This document shows, one piece after another, positions 63,964 through 64,000 of a stretch of DNA of 64,000 nucleotides. The position numbers and the translations under genes were made by a program. This stretch comes from Macrostomum hystrix (taxonomy: Eukaryota > Animalia > Platyhelminthes): NCBI GenBank assembly GCA_950097015.1, contig CATNEN010000001.1:8060001-8124000 (forward strand), read 5' to 3'. Numbering within the stretch: the first letter of the stretch is position 1; each line of letters opens with the position of its first letter. The notes beneath the pieces were generated by a model. That model was not told the DNA's origin and searched no databases. It saw only the letters and a list, made by a program, of their open reading frames with translations.

Positions 63964-64000
63964 GTCAGTGTCCGCGGCTTGATATTGTTGACCCTCTCAC

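Overview
Eukaryotic (invertebrate animal) genomic DNA with GT-AG introns, very rich in minisatellites. The repeat landscape and NPF gene suggest a free-living flatworm such as Macrostomum, but this is inference only. Spliced gene models assembled by hand with phase-consistent junctions: (1) two tandem copies of a secreted PAN/Apple-like plus ALK/LTK-type glycine-rich protein (first copy truncated by the window edge); (2) QTRT1, the queuine tRNA-ribosyltransferase (3 exons, minus strand); (3) an intronless UBE2T-like E2 broken by one in-frame TAG in a TMV-type leaky context (UAG-CAA-UCA); (4) an NPF/NPY precursor (GRPRF-amide) whose RF-amide exon lies about 6.1 kb from exon 1; (5) a ZnT1/SLC30A1-like zinc transporter (8 coding exons) whose large introns each hold a different satellite, including a 12-kb 40-mer array; (6) a CCDC162/C6orf183-like gene running off the right edge. 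Interspersed elements include six copies of a tRNA-derived SINE, a CORE-like SINE, three MITEs (one inserted into a Gypsy integrase relic with a 2-bp TSD) and about a dozen tandem arrays. All long ORFs inside satellites are artefacts. There is no CRISPR array. The most intriguing lead, and a speculative one, is the possibly readthrough-dependent UBE2T directly upstream of the queuosine-inserting enzyme.
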